Positions 52,256-62,038 of a stretch of 64,000 nucleotides of DNA are shown here, piece after piece. Under the pieces are notes generated by a model. The model had not been told where the DNA came from and ran no database searches. It saw only the letters and a list, made by a program, of their open reading frames with translations. This stretch comes from Candidatus Bathyarchaeota archaeon (GTDB taxonomy: Archaea > Thermoproteota > Bathyarchaeia > Bathyarchaeales > Bathycorpusculaceae), in NCBI GenBank assembly GCA_963775465.1, contig CAVZIW010000009.1, positions 39,742 through 103,741 of the forward strand. Direction: 5' to 3'. The position numbers and the translations under genes are program-made. Position 1 is the first letter of the stretch, and the number at the start of each line of letters is the position of its first letter.

Positions 52256-54205
52256 TTAACGTAACTGGTTATTTTCCTTTGAAATCGACCTTCTTGCTAT
52301 TAAAACTACCAAGATAACAACTATTATCGAAGCTGCAAGGAACACTATTGTCAGTGCCAAGAATACTGGTGAGAGAAAGAAGTCAAATGAACTTTGAAAA
52401 AAATTGCTAACTTGCACAGGCAAATGTAATTCCACCGGTGGATAGGGTTGACCATAAGAGGTTGGCTGCGGTGCATCAACCGTGAAACTAACAGTTGTAG
52501 AACTGGCCACGTCAGGCCTTTGTCCAGCATAAACAGTTAATGTATGTTGTCCGTTTTTCGCAAACAGCACTGCGGTGACATCGGCAACTGCCGTTCGATT
52601 AATGCCTCCATCTAAGCTAAAAGCGGTCCACGCGACTTCTTGATTCACTGAAAAAATCAAACTTATCTGCTCAGTACTGTAAACTTGGTTGCTGGGCGAC
52701 TGAATGGTCACTGTTGGAGCAAGATAAGGCTCTACACTGTTAACATTGAAAGCTACAGTTTGAGATGAACCTGTGTTTAGATCTTGATCGGTTGCGTAAA
52801 CCGTTATTGCATATTTGCCATTTGGCAGATTTATCAAAGTTGTGTTTCCATTTATCGTTGAGTTTGCCAGGTTGTTGAGGTTATAGATGGTGTATCTTGT
52901 TGGCTCATTTACATAGAAGCTAAGCGGAATATTTCTTTGGGTGTAGCTTTGGTTTGTTGGTGAAAGAATCGTTACTTGCGCCGGATTAGTTTGTTCACCA
53001 GATTTAAGTGCCATCTGAATCCAAGTTAGCTGTAGGTTGACATATTCGCCGCCATTTGAGGTACCAATCATCACAAAGTGATTAGGGCTAGCCTCAATGA
53101 TTGATTGCATGTTGGTCGGGTATAGGCTGGCGTACCGAGTATCATTACATGGGTTTCCATCGTTAATTTGGTTCCATTCAACGTTTCCGTCGGAATCAGT
53201 TAGAAGTAAGAATGCGCGTTCTCCTGTTAATGAGTAGCCACCATTCGCTATATTAATTATGTCGAATGCCCCCAAGTCAGATAGCATTTTGCTCCATACT
53301 ATTTGTCCTGACGGATCAGTTTTAACTAGCCAAGAATAATGTACGCTAGAAGGACTACTTGAAACCCAACCTGCAAGCGTGTAGCTTCCATCGCTATTTA
53401 CAACTACCCCTTGCGTAGAAGCCACATCAAACCCCAAAGGGTCATACGTTTTGCTTATTAACTCGTTGCCAAAAGTATCGATTCTTATTAAGCCAAAAGA
53501 ATGGGGATACTCTACGGCTAAAGCATACTCTTCACCACTTGTTGCCACCACAGAATTAGCTGCTTTACCGGGCAACGTTTTGCTCCATTCCAAGTTGCCA
53601 AAAAAGTCAGTTTTTATTACCCAAGCGCTCTGGGACGGCAAATCTATGTTCTTAGAACCAACAACTAGGTATCCACCGTCACTGGTTTGCAGAAGGCAGT
53701 TTGCAGCATCGTTGTTTAACCCCCCAAAAGTCTTATTCCATTGAATCGCCCCGTTGGCTGCCACTTTAATCAACCACGCGTCACAACCGCCTGCGCCAAA
53801 CGAATAAGTGAAGCCAGCAGCTGCATAACCATTATCAAATGTTTGTATAACAGACAGGGCACCATCATCTTTTGCTCCGCCATAAGTTACATTCCATTGC
53901 TCTCTCTGAAAGGAGCCTGTAATACCGTTCTGCATTGTATAAGGTGATAAACCGGTTTTAATTAGCCAGAGATCCGCATTTCCATTACCGAGGGACTTAG
54001 TATAGCCAGCAAAAATTAGACCAGTATCACGAGTCAGCTTGAGAGAGTAACCTTCTTCGTTGGCGACTCTGCCAAGATTTGAAGTTCCTCCCGAAACCGG
54101 ACCATACGTCGTTGCGTTAACCGGATAAACATTAATGCAGCTGACCATTGTTATGCTGATGAGAAACATGATTGCAAGAAAAGAGCACGCAACTCGTCTC
54201 ACCAT
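52256..54205 (-). CDS. Membrane-anchored beta-propeller + Ig-like surface protein
   Basis: Signal peptide, QT.D.GY/W.KT.GG repeats, two SP.NQ.Y Ig modules, C-terminal TM. Confidence 0.75.
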   Translation of the reverse strand: MVRRVACSFLAIMFLISITMVSCINVYPVNATTYGPVSGGTSNLGRVANEEGYSLKLTRDTGLIFAGYTKSLGNGNADLWLIKTGLSPYTMQNGITGSFQREQWNVTYGGAKDDGALSVIQTFDNGYAAAGFTYSFGAGGCDAWLIKVAANGAIQWNKTFGGLNNDAANCLLQTSDGGYLVVGSKNIDLPSQSAWVIKTDFFGNLEWSKTLPGKAANSVVATSGEEYALAVEYPHSFGLIRIDTFGNELISKTYDPLGFDVASTQGVVVNSDGSYTLAGWVSSSPSSVHYSWLVKTDPSGQIVWSKMLSDLGAFDIINIANGGYSLTGERAFLLLTDSDGNVEWNQINDGNPCNDTRYASLYPTNMQSIIEASPNHFVMIGTSNGGEYVNLQLTWIQMALKSGEQTNPAQVTILSPTNQSYTQRNIPLSFYVNEPTRYTIYNLNNLANSTINGNTTLINLPNGKYAITVYATDQDLNTGSSQTVAFNVNSVEPYLAPTVTIQSPSNQVYSTEQISLIFSVNQEVAWTAFSLDGGINRTAVADVTAVLFAKNGQHTLTVYAGQRPDVASSTTVSFTVDAPQPTSYGQPYPPVELHLPVQVSNFFQSSFDFFLSPVFLALTIVFLAASIIVVILVVLIARRSISKENNQLR

Positions 54206-54532
54206 CTCGTTTACCCAGCTTTAGCTATAGTCTCCCACAACTAAAAATACTTTTGTAATAGAAGCCTCTTTTTGCTGAGGTCAAGAAATCTTGACTTAAA
54301 AATTATGTTAAACTTTTCAAAAGTTTCCGAAATGCCCTAAAAGCTGCAATAAACAAGTTGCAAGGTTAAACACAGAAAATTAATCTTAATATGTGAACCT
54401 GCTAGATTTTGAAACCCTGAAAAATCGGGTGCAATTAATTTAATATTCTGATTGTGCATCTGGTTTTTGTAAGGATAGTAATGCGAAACTCAGACTGGTC
54501 TACCTATTGCGGTTGTTTCCGTTATTATTGTT

Positions 54533-56876
54533 TTGTCAGTTTTGGTGTTGCCGGTTTCAAGCAGTAACTCAAGCTCCAACGTTGCAGACTGGACAATGTT
54601 TCGTCAAGACCCGAGCCACAGCGGATTCACGACAGCGCAGGAGTCAACTAACTCGGCTAAGATTCTGTGGACTTATACTACTGGAAGGATGGTTCAGTCT
54701 TCTCCTGCTGTAGTTGATGGCTGCGTTTTTGTTGGTTCGAGGGATAGTCAAGTTTACTGTTTCAACGCTTCAACTGGAGAACCAATTTGGAAATATTCCT
54801 TTGGGTCTGAGGTTTGGTCGTCGCCAGCTATCTATAAGGGATTTATCTACGTTGGAGCAGACGACGGCTATGTTTATTGTTTAAATGCTACTCTTGGTTT
54901 GTTTGTTTGGAAATCACCCATAGGAATTTCTTTGCGTTCATCACCTACAGTTGTTGATGGCGTAGTCTACATAGGTTCAGGAAAGCAAAACATTTACGCG
55001 CTTAATGCAACAGATGGAACTCCAATATGGATTTTTCCAACTTTAAGCTCGGTGAATTCCTCGCCGGCGTTTTCTAACGACGTAATATATATTGCTGACA
55101 GCACTGATGCCGTTTACGCCATTAACGCTTCTACAGGAAAAGCAGTATGGATTCACCATATTAGACCCTCCATCTCTTCTCCAGCCGTATCCAATGGTTA
55201 CGTTTACGTGGGCTCGTACGATGGATATGTTTACGGCTTGAATGCCTCTACAGGTGCTGAGATTTGGAAGTTCCAAACGGCAGACGAAGTTGCCTCATCT
55301 CCTGCTGTCGCTTACGGATGCGTCTTTGTTGGCTCCGATGACAACAACCTTTATTGTTTAAACGCTACAAACGGCGATAAAATGTGGCAGAGTCCAACGT
55401 GTTTCTGGGTTACTTCTTCTCCTGCAGTTGCAGAAGGCAATGTATATGTAGGCTCCGAAGATAACAGCATTTATTGCTTCAACGCCACAACAGGAGCAAG
55501 AGAATGGAGTTATCAAACAGGAAATTATGTGGAATCTTCGCCTGCGATAGCAGGCAATGTACTCTACGTTGGTTCAGACGACAACAATTTCTACGCGTTA
55601 GCTTTATACAATTCGCCTGGTCAAATCCAGATTTCACAATATGCCCATTCACTTCCTTGGACAACCATTGCGTTTGATGTTTCTGCAGTCATTGTAGGCG
55701 CGATAATTATTTTTGTGAGTGCGAAACTTGTTTATTCCAACAGGTTGAATAAACCAAATGTTGCGTCAATTGACACTTCTAAACAAAAATATTTCTGGTT
55801 CCAATCACACATTGATGCAATTTTTGTTTTAGGGATTCTGGTCTTTTCAATATTATTATACTTCGTCAATTTGGGAAACGGCGTTCTTCAGGTTGCTGAC
55901 GAACAAACGTATTCTCAATGGGCGTTCCATATGGTTAAAACCGGAGACTACCTGACTCCTTGGGCTTCGGGTGCCACGTTGTTTTTGATAGGTAAACCGC
56001 CGCTTTTGATGTGGTTGATGTCTTTGGCTTACCAAGTCTTTGGCGTTAACAATTTCTCTTCTAGAATTTGGACTGCAGTTTTCGGTACCTTGTCTTTGGT
56101 TGTTGTCTTCTATCTGGGAAAAAAACTTTACAACTCATATGTGGGATTTCTTTCTGCACTGGTTTTAGGCACATTCCTAACCTACTATACTTTTGCAAGA
56201 TACGCCATGACTGACGTACCCTTGGCTTTCTTTTTTATGGCCAGTATTTACTTTTTTGTTTTAAGCGAAAAAAAAGAAAATGACAGTCGATATGCGTTGT
56301 TGAGTGGCGTTTCTTTTGGCTTAGCATTGATGACAAAGCAAACTGCAGCTCTGTTAATTCCTCTAATCATCCTCTCATACCTTATCGTAACAAAGAGAAA
56401 CCTCAGATTCCTCATCACAAAACGAGTTTGTTCTTTTTTTGGGTCTTGGGGTTCTGGTTTTTTCTCCATGGTTAATTTACATGAGTGTGCAGTTTGGTTC
56501 GGCGTTTTGGCAGGGATATTTCGGGTACGGAGTTGTTTCTAGAACTGTTAGTCCGCTTGAGGGTCACACTTCAGATTATCTCTTTTATTTCAGCTACTTA
56601 GCCTACAGGGAAAACCTTCTTTGGGTAATATTGCTTCCATTTTCGGTGGGGTTCTGTGCGTTTAACTTTGTTGCTAAACATCTAAAGGAAGATACCTTAA
56701 TTTTCCTGTGGATAACAATCGTGCTCGGAGTATTTACTTTTGCTCAGACAAAAATTTACTGGTATATAATGCCTGTCTTTCCAGCTTTCGCTATAGCCAT
56801 AGGCAGTTTTCTGCATCAATTAATAAAGAAAATAAATCAGAGGCGATTGAAGAAACCGCAATCTTCTCCAGACTAA
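54533..56876 (+). CDS. PQQ-like beta-propeller fused to ArnT/PMT (GT-C) glycosyltransferase; frameshift in T-run near 56440
   Basis: W.MFR.D..HSG, repeated SSPAV..G.VYVGS.D...Y.LNA.TG...W; DEQTY...A, KPPL..WL, R.AMTD, LALMTK, QTK..WYI.P.FPA. Confidence 0.85.
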
Positions 56877-57116
56877 CTTGATTTTTCAACGAGACCAAAA
56901 GTGAAACGGAGAGATTTTAACCTTGCCTTAAGTGGAGATGTCAACAAGGCTTTTCTTCTTCTCATTTTTCATCCCTCATTGGCAGGGCGTAGAGAATAAT
57001 ATGCGCTTTGTCTAAACCGAAAAAATAGTCAACTTTTCAGACTGACTACACCTTAAGAGGATAAACTTCCCAAGAATTATTATGAGATTCTTTTTGGTAA
57101 AAGGAGGTGAGAGAGT

Positions 57117-57731
57117 TTGAATAAGAAAAAAATGATAACAACCATTGCCATTGTTGTTGTTTTGATGCTTTTGGTTCCTACTGTAAGTGCGTGTGTGGAT
57201 AGATACAGAATTGGACATAGAGAAAGACGCTGTGGAAAAGAACCTATTACCCTAAAATTCATCGAAGTCCAAGGAAGTGCAACTGGTGGAGAACAAACCA
57301 TAATTAATTATGTATCTCACTGGACTGATAGAGAAAAATCATACAACCTTGAATTTAGAATTGATTGTGGGGCTGTAATTTACGGAGTTGATAAGGCCAT
57401 TAGTAGTTACTATTGGTGGACTGAGGACAATGGTGTCATTATTCCATATGCTACTAAGACCCCTAACAGTTTGGGTTTTGGAATTTATATTGAGTATAAT
57501 GTTCTGGCATTTGAGGGTATGGACGGCACATTTGTTGGTGTTAGTTCCTTGAAAATCACAAACTATCACTACCCACCAGTACCACAAACAGATCCACCAA
57601 CACCCCCGACATTTAATATAGAGACATCGGGCATATTCTATGGAACTGGTGTGTTTGAAGGCAAAAAAATTGTAGCAAGCTATGATGGACCTCAAGGTGG
57701 AACATGGAATGGATATCTCATCGAAACATAA
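57117..57731 (+). CDS. Secreted hypothetical protein
   Basis: KKK + hydrophobic signal peptide; GGAGGTGA upstream. Confidence 0.65.
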   Translation: MNKKKMITTIAIVVVLMLLVPTVSACVDRYRIGHRERRCGKEPITLKFIEVQGSATGGEQTIINYVSHWTDREKSYNLEFRIDCGAVIYGVDKAISSYYWWTEDNGVIIPYATKTPNSLGFGIYIEYNVLAFEGMDGTFVGVSSLKITNYHYPPVPQTDPPTPPTFNIETSGIFYGTGVFEGKKIVASYDGPQGGTWNGYLIET

Positions 57732-57796
57732 AGCTGAAATAATGACAATCTTGAACTAATTCCTCTTTTCTTTTATTTTACTATCAAAAATTAAGT

Positions 57797-58162
57797 TTGA
57801 GGGTCAGGAACGGACATTTGAGTCGGGAACGCATATATAGGGTATTGTTGAGCCTTGGTCTTTCACAGACCGATTTTAATGTTTATTTGCTCCTTGCAGC
57901 CAATGGTCCCAAGAAAGCAAAAAACATAGCTAATTCTCTAAAAATCACTAAACAACAACTGTACCACAGTCTAAAAAAATTAAAGAACAAAAGAATAATA
58001 ACAGCAACCTTTCATCGCCCTGCGACGTATTCAGCCGTAACTTTTGAAAAAGCAATAGCGCAAATAATAGAAGTAAAAGTGGATCAATCCAAAGCAATAA
58101 AAGAAAATAAAGAAGAACTCTTAGCTATCTGGAATTCAATAGAATCTAACAAAGAAGAATAA
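57797..58162 (+). CDS. TrmB-family HTH regulator (short)
   Basis: LGLSQTD..VY..L...GP.KA..IA..LKI.KQQLY.SLK.L; paralog of next gene's N-terminus. Confidence 0.85.
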   Translation: MRVRNGHLSRERIYRVLLSLGLSQTDFNVYLLLAANGPKKAKNIANSLKITKQQLYHSLKKLKNKRIITATFHRPATYSAVTFEKAIAQIIEVKVDQSKAIKENKEELLAIWNSIESNKEE

Positions 58163-58273
58163 CGCAAGATTTAGTTAAAGTAATTATTCTGTTTTTTTAC
58201 AGAAAAAGTTTATTTCCCGATCAACAAATAACTGTACATATCAGCTGTATTTTTTTGGCGTTGGAGATGGTGG

Positions 58274-60283
58274 ATGAGCCAAGAAAAAATCTTTAGAACT
58301 CTTTCAGAGTTTGGACTCACCAAAGTGGATGCTAAAGTATACGTTTTTCTTGCCAAAAGAGGACCCAAAAAAGCAGGAGACATCGCCAAAGCCCTGAAAA
58401 TTTCCAAGCAACAACTCTACCCATCAATAAAAAGTCTCCAAAGCAAAGCTATAGTCAACTCAACAATTACTCATCCAGCCAGATTCTCAGCGGTACCCTT
58501 TGAAAAAACATTGGATTTATTTGCACAAGCTAAACTCAAAGAAGCACAAAGCATACAACAAAACAAAACTGAACTCTTAACTGACTGGCAATCGGTAGTG
58601 GTGAAAGAAGCTGAAGATAATTCTGCAAAATTCACAGTTATTGAAGGCAGAAAATATGTTTACTCAAAAATTCAACAAATGGTAAATGACACAAAAAAAC
58701 AATTATCAACAGTAACCTCCGTCCCAAGTTTAATACGCGCCTACCAACACGGAATCTTAGAGTCTGCTTTTAATCATCCGCTCAAATCAAAAGTTAAATT
58801 TCGATTTCTAGCTAATCTTACCGAAGATAACTTCAGTACACTAAAAAAGCTTCTAGAAAAAGCCCCAAAAACTAGATTCAACCTAAAGGGAAGAAACCCT
58901 GAGTTAGGGCTAAAATTATCGCCAAGGATGGTTATCAAAGACAATGAGGAACTCTTATTTTTTACGTCACCTCAGTCCGAAGAATATTCATGTTTATGGA
59001 CTAACTGTGAAGAACTAGTTAATTCATTTTCAGTTGTTTTTGAAGATTTATGGCGTAACTCTACAGATATCAAAAAGAACATTAGTAGTATAAGCAGCAA
59101 AAACATAAAATCAAAAACGAAAAATACCAGAGCCGAAGCAATTTACAGAAAATTTGAGAATATTCTGCATTTAGCTAGGGAAGAAATTATTTGTTTTACC
59201 GCTCCAGAAGAAATCATTAACCTAGTGAAAAAAGCACAGATACTAAAATCTGGAAAAGGCCTAGTGAAAATAATGGCATCTATAACTCAAGAGAACTTGG
59301 AAGGTATAAGCCGATTACCAAAAAACGTTCAAGTAAGACATGTTCCTCAAACCTGCATAGAGACTTTTGTTATTGATGGGAAACATCTTTTTCAGTTTAA
59401 ATTGCCTTCTGTAACAAATGATTTCACAGCTAGATCTGCTATTGATCCATTCTACTCCGATGATATACAATACGTCAGCAAAATGAAAAAAAGACTATAT
59501 GACATATGGGGAGACGCTTGCGAACCTTCCAGCTCAACCATAGAATCAATAATGGAACAATACGGGTTTATAATTGGATCCAGTTTTCCGCCTTTGAGAA
59601 AGCTTAAAGGATTCAATGTCTTTACAGAAGACCTAGGTAAAATATCAGAAAAAGATGTTCTAAACAAAATAATCAATTCAAATCAACAAATATCAAATAG
59701 TTCAAATGAATTTGGAAAAATGTACGGCACAAGTGCATCAGCAATTATTCATCCTCCCAAGTATCTTGAATTGCCGGATATGATGATATGGGTTGACCAT
59801 ATAGATAAGCGGTCTTGGTTTGGGCAGGGAGATGCTTTAGTTATCTCTTTAAACCTTGAAGCACCAAATGGAATTTTATTTGTTCCAGCTGGCGGTATTG
59901 GCGATAATCCTCAAGGGGTAATTCACAGAAAGGAAAATTATTTTCCAGATAAAAAAGCCCAAGAGTATTATCGTTTGGTTAAAAAAGATGAGCTTCAAGT
60001 TCGAGTGCATGGAAATACCTTGTTTGCTGGTTGGACAGTTCCAATTCCACTTTTTCCAAAGTACGTTCTTCCTCCTGCATGCGTTATCATTGAAGGGTAT
60101 GGAGAAATCAAAACCCGGGCTTCAACAATAATTGCTCCCTCAGGCTGCAAATCTGAAGCGCAATCAAATTATCTAGATGCCTTTGTCACTTTCATACATC
60201 CTACCGCTAAGTATTCTGGACCAGGAACAGAAGGGTTGTTCTTTAGAGACATCGTTTCAACTACAACGATGCCACAGAAGTAA
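58274..60283 (+). CDS. Large TrmB-family transcriptional regulator
   Basis: FGLT..DAKVYVFL...GP.KA.DI...; sensor-like region; extended C-terminal domain. Confidence 0.85.
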   Translation: MSQEKIFRTLSEFGLTKVDAKVYVFLAKRGPKKAGDIAKALKISKQQLYPSIKSLQSKAIVNSTITHPARFSAVPFEKTLDLFAQAKLKEAQSIQQNKTELLTDWQSVVVKEAEDNSAKFTVIEGRKYVYSKIQQMVNDTKKQLSTVTSVPSLIRAYQHGILESAFNHPLKSKVKFRFLANLTEDNFSTLKKLLEKAPKTRFNLKGRNPELGLKLSPRMVIKDNEELLFFTSPQSEEYSCLWTNCEELVNSFSVVFEDLWRNSTDIKKNISSISSKNIKSKTKNTRAEAIYRKFENILHLAREEIICFTAPEEIINLVKKAQILKSGKGLVKIMASITQENLEGISRLPKNVQVRHVPQTCIETFVIDGKHLFQFKLPSVTNDFTARSAIDPFYSDDIQYVSKMKKRLYDIWGDACEPSSSTIESIMEQYGFIIGSSFPPLRKLKGFNVFTEDLGKISEKDVLNKIINSNQQISNSSNEFGKMYGTSASAIIHPPKYLELPDMMIWVDHIDKRSWFGQGDALVISLNLEAPNGILFVPAGGIGDNPQGVIHRKENYFPDKKAQEYYRLVKKDELQVRVHGNTLFAGWTVPIPLFPKYVLPPACVIIEGYGEIKTRASTIIAPSGCKSEAQSNYLDAFVTFIHPTAKYSGPGTEGLFFRDIVSTTTMPQK

Positions 60284-60326
60284 AGGGAAAGTGCCTAAAG
60301 GAATGGAGTAAGTTTATCTCCAATTT

Positions 60327-60929
60327 CTAGAGTCTCGTGTCTATTTTGAGGTTCTGGCTAATTGTTCTAGCTATTAAATAGCCTATTGGAATCGTGTATA
60401 GAGAAAAAGTGAATGCATAGAGTGCAAACGCAGGCATTAGACCTAAAATTATCTTATCGGGTAAATTGAATCCCACAATCGGCAACATGAAACGGTAGTC
60501 AAATGCTACAACAAAAGGAGCTAATGAAGTTCTAAAAAAAGCTCCAAATGCTGTGAAATATTTAATCGGTTTTGCTTTGCATGCAGGGTTCTGCAATGTT
60601 TTGCGTTTCAAGAAAACTGATGCTAAATAGATTCCGAATAACATACTCATAGTTAGCATAAACACGAATGGAACACCAATAATTGTAGATGGAATGGGAA
60701 ATAGGATTATTTCCGCAGGTAGATTCAGAACAGCTACTAAAACTCCAACTTTGGGACCAAAAAGTAAGAAGGCTGCAAGGATGGGTATTTCGCTAAAACG
60801 ATAAGAAACGCCCAGTAGGTACCCACTGGGAATTCTAATTGGATCCAGAGCTATCGTGAGCGCCACAAAAACAATTATTAGAGCAATTTCTCTTGAGTTC
60901 ACGACTACTTCAAAATTAATTATCGACAT
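60327..60929 (-). CDS. ECF transporter S-component-like membrane protein
   Basis: REIALIIVF.AL...L, EIP...AFLLFGP..G. Confidence 0.75.
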   Translation of the reverse strand: MSIINFEVVVNSREIALIIVFVALTIALDPIRIPSGYLLGVSYRFSEIPILAAFLLFGPKVGVLVAVLNLPAEIILFPIPSTIIGVPFVFMLTMSMLFGIYLASVFLKRKTLQNPACKAKPIKYFTAFGAFFRTSLAPFVVAFDYRFMLPIVGFNLPDKIILGLMPAFALYAFTFSLYTIPIGYLIARTISQNLKIDTRL

Positions 60930-61036
60930 TATTGATATTTATAACTAATCAAGGTTTACTTTTCTCGAGCTACTTTTGCGCTATAAATCTTGCCAGAGCT
61001 ATACTTAATAAACGATACAATCCGATTATTTGCCGA

Positions 61037-61055
61037 TGGACCGGGCAGGATTTGA
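61037..61055 (-). repeat. Degenerate copy of tRNA-Ala 3' end (att-like)
   Basis: TGGACCGGGCAGGATTTGA vs TGGACCGAGCGGGATTTGA at 61655-61673 (17/19). Confidence 0.6.
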
Positions 61056-61140
61056 TCTCAGACGCAAGTGGAGAAATCACCTGCAAAACCTTCTTTCTTA
61101 TTTAAACAGAACTTGATAACCCATAAATACCAAATTAATC

Positions 61141-61628
61141 ATGGATGTCTCAGAATTAGTTCGGTACAATGATAAAGTTCGAAGCTTATATTTTGAAGCC
61201 TTCTCAAAATTGGACTGGGAAGAAGTGGCTAAATCCAGAGATTTAAGCTTTGATTCAATGCGTGATGTATTCCTTCACTTAACGGTCGTAGAAGATAGAT
61301 GGATCAATTACACTCTAAGGGGCGAGTTCTCTAAATGGAAAGATCCAGTTTTTGATGACTTCAAAAACCTTGTACGTTTAAAGGCATACATGACTCTCAT
61401 TCATGAGAATACGGGCAAATTTCTAAAAACGTTGAAACCAGCAGATTATCTAAACCGAGTGGCCAACCCATGGATCAAAGGTACTTCAATAAGCATAGAG
61501 ACTGGACTCACACACATGGTGTAGGGTGCATGGTGCATTTTGGCGAATTGTCGGCAGCATTATGGCAAATTGGAAAAGAAGCACCATACTTGGCTTTCTT
61601 GCGGCATGAACTCAATGAATCGAAATAA
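61141..61628 (+). CDS. DinB/YfiT-family protein, interrupted near 61522 (pseudogene or error)
   Basis: SMRD.FLH...VEDRWI; after frame change MVHFGELSAALWQ.G...P. Confidence 0.75.
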
Positions 61629-61654
61629 GCAGGGTCTCTGTTATTGTGTTAAAG

Positions 61655-61729
61655 TGGACCGAGCGGGATTTGAACCCGCGGCTTCCGCGTTGCGAACGCG
61701 GCGATCATACCAGACTGATCTACCGGCCC
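61655..61729 (-). tRNA. tRNA-Ala(CGC), no intron, CCA not encoded
   Basis: GGGCCGG...CCGCG TT CGC AA CGCGG...GCGGG TTCAAAT CCCGC TCGGTCC A; G3:U70. Confidence 0.96.
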
Positions 61730-62038
61730 ATTTCTGCAAAAATACCAATACGTTGACATTTAGAGCTTTCGGTTAAGCAGTTAGTTGCAGGTTCTCGTCG
61801 TTAGTTAATAAATTTTGAAGGACAGATTATTTATGAGATCTTTTTAACTTACCCTTCGTCGTAACCACGTTCTAATCTGTCATGTGTTTTTCGGTAGTTA
61901 TATTCGTGTTCTGCTTTGTTGTTGCTAAAGTTCTGGAGATGCTTTTGCAGGTCTGCTTTGTTTAGAAAAATGCAGGCACAATAAGGACATTTGTATTGCT
62001 GTTCTCGGTTGTTTGTTTCTTGTTCCATAGTTGTTCAC

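Noticed and set aside
61540-61776. 78-aa ORF
   Set aside because: Off-frame to the dinB C-terminus and antisense to tRNA-Ala
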